From an uncultured bacterium (GTDB lineage: Bacteria; Tectomicrobia; Entotheonellia; Entotheonellales; Entotheonellaceae), in the NCBI GenBank assembly GCA_965178525.1, contig CBCXVS010000137.1, positions 1 to 19,046 of the forward strand: a stretch of DNA of 19,046 bases, read 5' to 3'. Below, piece after piece: positions 7,288 to 14,932 of this stretch (position 1 is the stretch's first letter; the number at the start of each line of letters is the position of its first letter). The position numbers and the translations under genes are program-made. Under the pieces are notes generated by a model. That model searched no databases. It had not been told where the DNA came from and saw only the letters and a list, made by a program, of their open reading frames with translations.

Positions 7288-7542
7288 ATGGCTTTTGTAA
7301 GTTCTTTTTTCATCGTTGGAGGCGTTGGCGCTGTCATTTGGCAACTCAATCGCCGCAAGCAGAGACGGCTGTCAGGACAAAACGGCGACGAGGCGGTTCC
7401 CGCTGCAGCTCCGAGCGCGCCACCTGATGCCTCCCCAGCCCCAGCCGCACCGTCACCTGACCAACACGATGCGCCCGAGGCCTCTAGCGAGGAGCCTGAC
7501 GAGCCCTCTCCGCCACCGGAGACGGCGGCGCCAGAACGCTAA
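7288..7542 (+). CDS. Small single-pass membrane protein with an acidic Pro/Ala-rich disordered tail (84 aa).
   Basis: AGGAGG (7274-7279) + 8 nt + ATG 7288. N-terminal hydrophobic helix FVSSFFIVGGVGAVIWQL, then RRKQRR, then a PAAAPSAPPDASPAPAAPSPD... tail. Stop TAA 7540-7542. Confidence 0.6.
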   Translation: MAFVSSFFIVGGVGAVIWQLNRRKQRRLSGQNGDEAVPAAAPSAPPDASPAPAAPSPDQHDAPEASSEEPDEPSPPPETAAPER

Positions 7543-7562
7543 AGCGCCTCCGCTGATACGCT

Positions 7563-7609
7563 CGCATCCCTGGGCCAGGAGCGTCTGTCTTGATGAGCTC
7601 AGGGATGCG
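7563..7609. other. Strong hairpin: 10-bp stem (7563-7572 / 7600-7609, core GCATCCCTG/CAGGGATGC) with a 27-nt loop, between convergent genes. Possible bidirectional terminator lacking a clear U-tract.
   Basis: Inverted repeat read directly. Only a weak T-run (ggttta) follows on the plus strand. Confidence 0.3.
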
Positions 7610-7641
7610 GACCCGGTTTATGCCCAGCGCTTCCCCCCAGT

Positions 7642-8166
7642 TTATCTCTTGTGCATGATCGCCACGGGAGGCGGTTGAAAATCACGTGGCCACTGTGTCC
7701 TGTCCGTGTAGTGAGCGCCTTGCAAATCAGTCGATGCCTCGCCTTCCGTTGTGGTCAAGACCGCGTTGCTAAGATTGGCTCTGTGTAGTCTGGCGCCGTT
7801 CAAGAGGGCGTGTTTCAGGTTCGCACGGACCAACGTGGCAAAATCCAGACACCCGCCGCTGAGCATGGCTGCCGAGAGATCAGCGCCACTGAGATTGGCC
7901 TGGGTCAGATGGGCCCCTGACAGGCTGGCATGTACCATGGCGTCCACCAAATGGGCACGAATCAAGTTAGCGCCTGACAAATTGGCGCCCGACAAATTGG
8001 CGCTGCTCAAGTTAATCGAACGCAAATCCGCACCACGCAAATCCGCACCGCTCTGCTGCGTGGACGGCTCGCCCAGGTTGGCGCCCGAGAGATTGGCGCC
8101 AACCAGGTTGGCTCCTACCAAAAGTTGGCATGCATCAATTGCGCGCCGCTCAGGTTCACGCCCCAC
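7642..8166 (-). CDS. Pentapeptide-repeat protein, C-terminal portion. Likely the 3' part of a single gene with 8115-8786, disrupted by a 1-nt frameshift.
   Basis: Tandem A(N/D)LxG pentapeptide units. GTG start at 8166 overlaps the upstream ORF by 52 nt and has a stop 9 codons upstream in frame. Inserting one nt after AAC (~8122) fuses the frames into a continuous array ...MHANLLVGANLVGANLSGANL. Contains 15-nt tandem duplications at 7976-8005 and 8021-8049. Confidence 0.7.
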   Translation of the reverse strand: MGREPERRAIDACQLLVGANLVGANLSGANLGEPSTQQSGADLRGADLRSINLSSANLSGANLSGANLIRAHLVDAMVHASLSGAHLTQANLSGADLSAAMLSGGCLDFATLVRANLKHALLNGARLHRANLSNAVLTTTEGEASTDLQGAHYTDRTQWPRDFQPPPVAIMHKR

Positions 8167-8786
8167 AATGCCGCCCCAATCAGACGCACGCTATTCATGA
8201 CCGCTGCCCTGAGGTTGACGTTCGTGAGATTGACGCGCGTGAGAATCGTTCCGGTCAGGTCGGCGCCCGAGAGGTCAGCGCCATCGAGAATCGCTGCTGC
8301 CAAGTTGGCGTCTCGTAAATCGGCGCCAACGAATTTGGCTCGCGATAGGTTGGTTCTCACCAGGTCCGCGCCGCGTAGATTCGCCCCCGAGAGATCGGCG
8401 CCCGAGAGGTCGCTGCCCCGAAGGCGTGCCTGGGACAATAAGGCTCTGCTAAGATTGGCGTTACGGAGATCTAGGCCGCTTAACTCTCTCCCGCGTAGAT
8501 TGACGCCGATGCACGTCGGAGGACACCCGGCTGGCAAGGCGGCAGACTGGCACCCCGCCACGATGGCCAGGAGCGTCGCCATCGCCATGACCGGCCGGCA
8601 CACGTAAAGCGCCAGTTTGAGGGCCACAAGGTTTACAACATCAAGGTAAACAGGTGGCCACTCGGCGGTACGCCGTACGATGGCGATCAATCCTTGTAGA
8701 TGCGCCGGCGGCATAGGGACGCCGTTGTTGTCCATGACCTCTTGCCTCTCGGGGAACGGTGGCGGCGGTTTAAGGCGGCGGCGCAT
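8115..8786 (-). CDS. Membrane-anchored pentapeptide-repeat protein, N-terminal portion of the probable fused gene. TM helix, then a CPPTC-IGVNLRGR motif, then the repeat array.
   Basis: Paralogous to 8887-9807 (shared TM + CxPxCxGxNLRGR + pentapeptide architecture). Start uncertain: ATG 8786 lacks an SD; internal ATG 8735 (MDNNGV) is an alternative. Stop TAG 8115-8117. Confidence 0.75.
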   Translation of the reverse strand: MRRRLKPPPPFPERQEVMDNNGVPMPPAHLQGLIAIVRRTAEWPPVYLDVVNLVALKLALYVCRPVMAMATLLAIVAGCQSAALPAGCPPTCIGVNLRGRELSGLDLRNANLSRALLSQARLRGSDLSGADLSGANLRGADLVRTNLSRAKFVGADLRDANLAAAILDGADLSGADLTGTILTRVNLTNVNLRAAVMNSVRLIGAALWGVNLSGAQLMHANFW

Positions 8787-8886
8787 GCATCCGGAGAGCC
8801 GGGGGCAAGCGGGTCATGGCATCCACATGGATGCCTCGCGTCTCGGCCTGACGACACACCTTGCTCCGTTGCTGCGGATTTAAGCC

Positions 8887-9807
8887 TTACAACACCGGAT
8901 CCAGTCCCAAATGGTAACACTCATGCTGTGAGACGAAGACGCGAACTGCCGTGAGATCTGCCGACCTCAAGTCAACGCTGTGGAGGACGGCGCCGACTAA
9001 CAGCGCGCCGATTAAGTTGGTTTTATACAGGTTGGCAGACGCCAATGTGCTCCCGGCCAAGCTCGCGCCGGCGAGGTTGGCCTGCGTCAAGTCCGCTCCC
9101 GTCAGGTTGGCAAGGTTCAGCCATGCCCCCGAGAGATCGGCTTTGGTTAAGCGGCTGCCGCTTAAATCGGCTCGGCTCAGGCGACTCCCGCTCAATGTGG
9201 CTTCCCGCAAATCTGCCCCGATCAGACGTGCCGCGACCAGTTCAACCCCTGAGAGGTTGGCGCCACGCAAAAGCGCTTGGGTCACATCCGCCCCGTTGAG
9301 GATGACGCCGTCAAGTCGCACTTGCGTTAAGTCAAGCCCCGCCAAGTCGGCACGAATCAGGCGCGCGCCGCGCATATCGGCGCCACGCAGGATGGCTCCA
9401 CCCAAGTCCGCATCCGTCAAATCCGTCCCGAGCAGGGTGGCCTCTGTCAAGTCCGCATGTTTTAGATTCGCGCCAATGAGGCTGGCGCCTGAAAAATCCG
9501 CCGCGATCAGTTTGGTCGCACTCAGATCCGCCCGGCGCAAATTCGCTTCGATGAAGCCGGTTCCGCTCAAATCGAGACCATGCAAGTTGCGGCCTCTCAG
9601 ATTCATACCGACACAGTCCGGGGAGCATCGAACCGTGTGCACGATCCAAGAGCGTGCCACAAGAATCATGGCGCCGACAAGCGCCAGGGCGATAGCAATC
9701 CGAAGGTAGAGCATGCGTTTTAAAGTCGCACCCGATTGACCCAGCAGTATGGTACAGAGAACAATCAAGCCGACGAGAGCCGAGAGGATCACGGGTATAT
9801 GTATCAT
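8887..9807 (-). CDS. Membrane-anchored pentapeptide-repeat protein (two N-terminal TM helices, CSPDC-VGMNLRGR motif, ~40 pentapeptide units).
   Basis: 306-aa ORF. AGGAG immediately abuts ATG 9807 (0-nt spacing), so the start is somewhat uncertain. Stop TAA 8887-8889. Confidence 0.85.
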   Translation of the reverse strand: MIHIPVILSALVGLIVLCTILLGQSGATLKRMLYLRIAIALALVGAMILVARSWIVHTVRCSPDCVGMNLRGRNLHGLDLSGTGFIEANLRRADLSATKLIAADFSGASLIGANLKHADLTEATLLGTDLTDADLGGAILRGADMRGARLIRADLAGLDLTQVRLDGVILNGADVTQALLRGANLSGVELVAARLIGADLREATLSGSRLSRADLSGSRLTKADLSGAWLNLANLTGADLTQANLAGASLAGSTLASANLYKTNLIGALLVGAVLHSVDLRSADLTAVRVFVSQHECYHLGLDPVL

Positions 9808-9872
9808 CTCCTGTCTCTTCAGTTCGATGGCGCATGCATTCGTGTCACCTTCAGGGTAGGGGATACACCTTC

Positions 9873-9900
9873 CACACGTCCGGCAACTGCCGGGCGTGTG
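9873..9900. other. 12-bp-stem hairpin (CACACGTCCGGC aact GCCGGGCGTGTG; one position is a G.U wobble on the plus strand and an A/C mismatch on the minus strand) in the intercistronic gap between the 252-aa gene and the first pentapeptide gene.
   Basis: Read directly. No U-tract in either orientation, so likely a regulatory or stabilising hairpin rather than a canonical terminator. Confidence 0.3.
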
Positions 9901-9971
9901 AGTCTATCATACGTACGGGTTGGAGGGACGAGGCTGATTGATGTAGACGAATTCGGCGTCGTTATCGTGTC

Positions 9972-10730
9972 TTAGCTCTCCGATTGGGATGCTGCTGTGG
10001 ACGGTGACACGGCTGCCGGCCCTTGTCCCACTTCCTGCAGTGCCCGCTTGAATGCCTCGTTGTCTTTTTCGGCGACCTCGTCGATCGCCCGCAAGATGAG
10101 TTGTGGCTTCTCGTTTGTTGGCACGGCATCGTAATCCGACAGCGTCACGGACGTCAAATTATTCTCCACGAGTCTGACGAAAAGTGCTTGCCCAAAGGCT
10201 TGATTCCGCCTGCTGTCCGGATTGCGCTCAAATGCCAGGAGTTGCTTGTAAACATTCAGGTCATACTGCGATACGGCCGCTTGCTGGCAGGCCCAGCAAT
10301 ACTGCAACACCACCTGACTCATATCTTGCGCCAGTTGAGGATTTTTGTTGAGTTTGCCCTCCACTAATTCCCCAAGTTCAAAGCCCATATCTGAACAGAA
10401 TATCGCTAAGTGGTCGGTGAAGGCCTGAAGGCTGTTCTCAGAGAGCGACGCGATCCAATTTCTCACGTCCTCATTGGCTGCAGGCGCATTGGCGACCCAC
10501 GTGTGAAACTGCTGCGGTAACTCGGCGGATTGCCGGTTCATCACTTTATCGTACCAGCCTTGGAGCCAACTCGTCCCGGCCTCAATACCACTGCTGATCG
10601 TTTCTTGTATCGGCTCGGTCATGGACCCCCAGGTCGGTAGTTGCTCCTGCTTCTGCAAACGCCTATCCACGACGATGGACGCCGCCCCAACGACGACCGC
10701 GAGAAGGGCCAGAGGGACAAGTACCATCAT
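9972..10730 (-). CDS. Hypothetical protein with an N-terminal TM anchor and a ~230-aa helical soluble domain of unknown function.
   Basis: 252-aa ORF. AAGGAG SD 4-7 nt upstream of a tandem ATGATG. Start overlaps (ATGA) the stop of the 30-codon upstream ORF. Stop TAA 9972-9974. Confidence 0.75.
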   Translation of the reverse strand: MMVLVPLALLAVVVGAASIVVDRRLQKQEQLPTWGSMTEPIQETISSGIEAGTSWLQGWYDKVMNRQSAELPQQFHTWVANAPAANEDVRNWIASLSENSLQAFTDHLAIFCSDMGFELGELVEGKLNKNPQLAQDMSQVVLQYCWACQQAAVSQYDLNVYKQLLAFERNPDSRRNQAFGQALFVRLVENNLTSVTLSDYDAVPTNEKPQLILRAIDEVAEKDNEAFKRALQEVGQGPAAVSPSTAASQSES

Positions 10731-10819
10731 TCGTCTCCTTTTCTGAAGAACTTCCTATCCACGGCGATCGACCCGATCGTTGCCACAATGCATACAAGCA
10801 GCACAGATAGGATTCCCAT
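10727..10819 (-). CDS. Small hydrophobic peptide, 30 aa (MGILSVLLVCIVATIGSIAVDRKFFRKGDE), translationally coupled to the downstream 252-aa gene.
   Basis: Perfect AGGAGG (rc of 10825-10830) + 5 nt + ATG 10819. One TM-length hydrophobic stretch plus a basic tail. TGA stop overlaps the ATG of the next gene. Not in the ORF track (<60 aa). Confidence 0.45.
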   Translation of the reverse strand: MGILSVLLVCIVATIGSIAVDRKFFRKGDE

Positions 10820-10867
10820 AAAAACCTCCTTTAGTTTTTCGGCACGGGGAAACGACCCTCACCCCAA

Positions 10868-10891
10868 CTCTCTCCCTCGCCAGGGAGAGGG
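10868..10891 (-). other. GC-rich hairpin (8-10-bp stem CTCTCCCT cgcc AGGGAGAG) 58 nt downstream of the SPFH stop. Possible attenuator or partial terminator.
   Basis: Read directly. No adjacent U-tract. Confidence 0.3.
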
Positions 10892-10948
10892 GGTAAAATT
10901 GATGCCCAGGTACTTCGTTCCCTTTTCACGCTAAGAGCCCCTCGCCAT

Positions 10949-12028
10949 CTACGGAGGCGGTCTTGATGTCATCAAGTCGGGCGATGAGGCATCCATCGAC
11001 AGCGGCCGTTGTCTGCCGTCATGTTCATCTAGTTTCGGGAGGGGCAGGATCAACGGCGTGTGACTGGGTACCAGTATGGCGTGCAGCTTTGGTGACAACT
11101 TCTCAATATATTGATAGGTCAACAAATTGGGATTTTGTTCCAGCGCTTTTGCGATCAATGCTAAGGCATCCGCTTGGCCTTCGGCCTCGATTTTGATCGC
11201 GTCCTTTCGGCCTGCAGCCATGTTGCGCATCTGTTGGGCTTTATGTAGCGCTTCCTCCTTTCCTTCTAAGGCAATTTGTTTGCGCTCAATCGACTCGGCA
11301 TACTCCGCTGTAAAGGTAACATCACGAAGGAGGACCTGGTCCAGAATGAAACCTCTGTTCGCAAATTCTGTCCGCAAGATCCGATCGAGCGTGGTTTCTA
11401 GGTCTCTGAGGTCCGAACTATTGACTTCTCGCACGGTAAATTGTGAGACTTGCGTGCGGACGAAGCCCCGCGTCACCGGTCGTACCAGATCGACGATATA
11501 ACGGTTTTGCCAGTCCGTATGTACCGAAACGGCCTGTTCGGTGTCAACACGGAAGATGACCGAGCAATCCAGGCGTACTTCTTGGCCATCGCTGGTGCGG
11601 GCCCGGATCGAATCATCACCCAGCTCCGCCCCTTCGGCAGGTCTGCCAGACATGGTATAGGTTTGCCAGTAGATGGGATACGAGACATCACGCTCGAGAA
11701 AAGGCAGAATCCAATGCAACCCGGCTCGTAACGGCTGTGGCCGGATGCCGCCTGGAGAGACGAGAGAGACGACCACCGCCACGTAGGGGGGTTGCACAAA
11801 AACCAGGGCGGCGCTGAGTAGACTAATGCCAAGGATCAACAAAAACGGCAGCATGACGCGAGAGGAAAGCAACCGCAGAATACCGAAACGAACCCCCTGT
11901 CGCCACCCGGTGGCGATACACATGTAGATCGCATATATTGCAAAGAGCCACCATAAGATGACGGTGGTATATCCCAACAGTGTATCGAATGTGGTGATGG
12001 TGAAGGAGCCTGTCCCTTGCATAGGCAC
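10949..12028 (-). CDS. SPFH/band-7 domain membrane protein (stomatin/prohibitin/HflK-C family).
   Basis: Two N-terminal TM helices followed by an SPFH domain (…QVSQFTVREVNSSDLRDLETTLDRILRTEFANRGFILDQVLLRDVTFTAEYAESIERKQIALEGKEEALHKAQ…). GTG 12028 or ATG 12022 start. Stop TAG 10949-10951. Confidence 0.88.
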   Translation of the reverse strand: MPMQGTGSFTITTFDTLLGYTTVILWWLFAIYAIYMCIATGWRQGVRFGILRLLSSRVMLPFLLILGISLLSAALVFVQPPYVAVVVSLVSPGGIRPQPLRAGLHWILPFLERDVSYPIYWQTYTMSGRPAEGAELGDDSIRARTSDGQEVRLDCSVIFRVDTEQAVSVHTDWQNRYIVDLVRPVTRGFVRTQVSQFTVREVNSSDLRDLETTLDRILRTEFANRGFILDQVLLRDVTFTAEYAESIERKQIALEGKEEALHKAQQMRNMAAGRKDAIKIEAEGQADALALIAKALEQNPNLLTYQYIEKLSPKLHAILVPSHTPLILPLPKLDEHDGRQRPLSMDASSPDLMTSRPPP

Positions 12029-12149
12029 AGCTATCTCTAATGGCTTTGGTTATCGAGGAGAAGCCGTATTGGCGCGGCCGATGAGATACATCACCAACGG
12101 TGCGGAAACTATGGTTATACGTCAATATATGTGGCTCTAAGCCCAAGCT

Positions 12150-12177
12150 ATTATAGAGACCACTTCGCATAAGTCAA
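12150..12177 (-). promoter_or_regulatory. Near-consensus sigma70 promoter on the minus strand: -35 TTGACT (rc of 12172-12177), 16-nt spacer, -10 TATAAT (rc of 12150-12155), oriented toward the SPFH gene.
   Basis: Hexamers and spacing read directly. ~115-nt leader to start 12028. Striking in a GC-rich genome. Confidence 0.45.
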
Positions 12178-12220
12178 GGGCAATCGTAAACTTGAATACG
12201 TTGCTGCAGCGCCGAACACA

Positions 12221-13330
12221 CTACGAGGTTGGACTCGCTTTGTTACTGTAGCGCTTCTGCCATTCGTGCAGAAGGCGGCGGCGATTCGCCGATGCCCATG
12301 GCACGTCTGTGCCGAACCGCCGCTCTGCCGCCGCCTCGGGAACGCCTTTGGGATGGGGGACATCCGTCTTCATGGCCGTGACGGCATGGTATTTCCAGTC
12401 GACTCGCATGGCACGCGCACTGAGGGTCCAGTCGAGAAAGGTCATCGCGGCGGGTTTGATGCGGGGGGTTTTGAGTAGGGCGCTAGCCGCTATGTCCCAA
12501 GCCGCGCCCTCGGCGGGAAAGACGATGTCAATCGGCGCCTCCTGGTGGTTTTCGATGATCGCTATGCCGGCACCGCCATACGAAATCCCGATGGGGACAT
12601 CCCCGCTTGCGGCCAACTGGCAGGGCTTTTCGGAGGAGGGGAGGTACTGCGCGATATTCTGATGCAACGCATCGAGAAAGACCCAGCCCTTGGCCTCTCC
12701 CAGATGATGTAGGATCGCCGCCATCACGAGGTAGCCGATCTTGGATACGGTAGGATTCGGCATGACGATATGCCCGCGATAGTCTGGCTTGATCAAATCT
12801 TGCCAGGACAAAGGCACGTCCGCGTCACGCTTCGCCGTCTTGTTCTTCAAGGCATCGGAATTGACGCAAAAGGCCGACATCCGCACCTGCATACCGACCC
12901 AATACGGTGGGGTATGGGTATCCCGGAACAGCGGGGGCACATCCGCAAGCCCCTTGGGCGCGTAGGGGCGGAGCATGCCGTGCCATTCCAGGAGCATCAA
13001 AAAGGTCGCGGATACGCCCCACATCACGTCGGCTTGCAGCGTGTTGCGCTCGGCATACAACCGCTTCACGAGCGTGTCAGATGAGGCTTCGGTGACGACG
13101 GTGACGTCGATCTTGGGATAGGTGGCGCGAAATGTTGCCAGATCATGTGCGAGCCGGTCAGAGTGCCGCGCCGTATAGACAGTGATCGTCCCCGCCTCAG
13201 GTGAGTTGGGTTCGTGGCGTGTGCAGCCACCCGCCGTGATCAGGATGACGAACGCGACCGCACGCACCAGGACGCTATACATCGACGATCTCGCGCCCCT
13301 GGCGGCGCCAGAGGCAACACATCCGGGCAT
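12221..13330 (-). CDS. ABC-transporter substrate-binding protein, family 1 (FbpA/AfuA-like Fe3+-, thiamin- or 2-AEP-type); probable lipoprotein.
   Basis: Signal/lipobox-like N-terminus (…VAFVILITAGGC), then ITVYTARHSDRLAHDL…ADVMWGV, typical of this family. Start ATG 13330 is 3 nt after the upstream gene's stop; alternative ATG 13282. Confidence 0.8.
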   Translation of the reverse strand: MPGCVASGAARGARSSMYSVLVRAVAFVILITAGGCTRHEPNSPEAGTITVYTARHSDRLAHDLATFRATYPKIDVTVVTEASSDTLVKRLYAERNTLQADVMWGVSATFLMLLEWHGMLRPYAPKGLADVPPLFRDTHTPPYWVGMQVRMSAFCVNSDALKNKTAKRDADVPLSWQDLIKPDYRGHIVMPNPTVSKIGYLVMAAILHHLGEAKGWVFLDALHQNIAQYLPSSEKPCQLAASGDVPIGISYGGAGIAIIENHQEAPIDIVFPAEGAAWDIAASALLKTPRIKPAAMTFLDWTLSARAMRVDWKYHAVTAMKTDVPHPKGVPEAAAERRFGTDVPWASANRRRLLHEWQKRYSNKASPTS

Positions 13331-13333
13331 CTC

Positions 13334-14932
13334 CTATGGGTCTATCCACACACTATGGTAGCTTCCGTTATCGTATCCCGTCGGCGCCGGCACCCAGCCT
13401 TTCAACTTCTTGGCCATGAACCAGGGGCCGGTCGGCCAGCCCAAGGTCACGATGGGCGTCGCGCCCTTCAAGATACGGCGCTGATACGCGTGAAAGATCG
13501 CCTGACGTTTGCTCTCATCAAGCGCACGCAACCCCTGTTCGTGCAATTGATCGAGTTCAGGCATCTGCAGCTTGCCGTAATTCCGTGGGGCATTTGACGT
13601 CCAGGTAAACGAAAACAGCGTACTTGGATCCATCATAATCAACCCCGTTCCCTGCACCCCGATCATGGTAAAATCGCCCCGGGCCCAAGCGGCAAAGCCG
13701 GCGGCGCTTTCCCAGGTCCGAAGGTTGGCTCGGATGCCGATCGGCTTCAACTGTTGGATGACCAAAGAGGCCACATCCACGTAGTTTCCCACGGAGCGTA
13801 CGGCGACTTCAATATCCAGGCCATCGGGATAGTGCTTGGCCACGAGGCGTTTGGCTTCGGCAATATCCGGGCCTTTGGGCTGCCGACAGCCAGGCGCTTG
13901 CAAGACTTCTTCTTTGGGGAGGGCATAGTCGCCAAACACTTCTGATGGCATAATCACACACGGTACAATAAACCCATCATATGCTCTGGCGGCAATCTCC
14001 TGGCGATCGATTGCCAGGTAGACGGCCCAACGCATCTCTGGATTGTCGAACGGGGGTTTGGTGCTATTCATATGGATCTGCGAGATACCCCCAGGGCCGG
14101 ATTGCTGATACTGCAGATCCTTGCGGGCCTTGCGGATCTCTTCGATTTGCTTGCTATTGAGCGGCGGCCAGCCATACCAGAAATCGACTTTCCCAGCCTT
14201 AATCGCCGCGATTTGCGTGGCGCGCGACGTGATGATGTACTGCTTGACGCCATCCAAATAGGGCATGCCCTGAATGAAGTAGTTGGGATTACGCTCCCAC
14301 TCGATGATATTGCCACGGACGTATTTCTTCAACTTGAACGGTCCCGTGCCAATCTGACTATCCGGCTGGGTCAGATCGCCGTCGCGTTCCAGAATATGCT
14401 TGGGTAGGATCTTGCACCACGCCGAGGCCAGAGCCGACAGGATAATCAGATTGGGGAACTTGAGCTGCACGATCACGGTAAAATCGTCCGGCGCTTCCAC
14501 GCGCTCGATCATCGGACGCAGCATGGAACCGCATCGCGGGCTGCGGAATTCCGGATCGAGCATCCGTTGCAAACTGTATACGGCATCGGCCGACGTGAAG
14601 GCGGCCCCATCATGCCATTTGACGCCCCGGCGCAGATGGAAGGTATAGACCGTGCCGTCATCCGAAACCTCCCAGCGCTCGGCGAGATCCGGGCTGACCG
14701 TCTTGGGTTTTTCCGGACCCCATTGCAGCAAACCGCTGTAGAGCCCAACCACCGATTGCGACACGGCAAGTGGCGTCTCGGTATGCAGGTCCAGACGCGC
14801 CGGGTCGGCATAATTGAACCAGTTCAAGATGCCGCCGCGTTTCGGTGTGTCCTCTCCCCGGGCACTTCCGAGTCCCAGGGTCCATAGCGCGACGATGCTC
14901 ACGAGAACGACATAGTGCAGATGGCGGCGCAT
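13334..14932 (-). CDS. ABC-transporter substrate-binding protein, family 5 (DppA/OppA/NikA-like peptide/nickel/metallophore type); secreted.
   Basis: Signal peptide MRRHLHYVVLVSIVALWTLGLGSA, then GGILNWFNYADPARLDLH…LYSGLLQW (SBP_bac_5 pattern); 532 aa. AGGAGG + 5 nt + ATG 14932. Stop TAG 13334-13336. Confidence 0.9.
   Translation of the reverse strand: MRRHLHYVVLVSIVALWTLGLGSARGEDTPKRGGILNWFNYADPARLDLHTETPLAVSQSVVGLYSGLLQWGPEKPKTVSPDLAERWEVSDDGTVYTFHLRRGVKWHDGAAFTSADAVYSLQRMLDPEFRSPRCGSMLRPMIERVEAPDDFTVIVQLKFPNLIILSALASAWCKILPKHILERDGDLTQPDSQIGTGPFKLKKYVRGNIIEWERNPNYFIQGMPYLDGVKQYIITSRATQIAAIKAGKVDFWYGWPPLNSKQIEEIRKARKDLQYQQSGPGGISQIHMNSTKPPFDNPEMRWAVYLAIDRQEIAARAYDGFIVPCVIMPSEVFGDYALPKEEVLQAPGCRQPKGPDIAEAKRLVAKHYPDGLDIEVAVRSVGNYVDVASLVIQQLKPIGIRANLRTWESAAGFAAWARGDFTMIGVQGTGLIMMDPSTLFSFTWTSNAPRNYGKLQMPELDQLHEQGLRALDESKRQAIFHAYQRRILKGATPIVTLGWPTGPWFMAKKLKGWVPAPTGYDNGSYHSVWIDP

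Noticed and set aside
8818-8835. GGCATCC-acat-GGATGCC hairpin between two pentapeptide genes
   Set aside because: A 7-bp stem with no U-tract. Such small hairpins are frequent in GC-rich sequence, and this is not distinctive enough to call.
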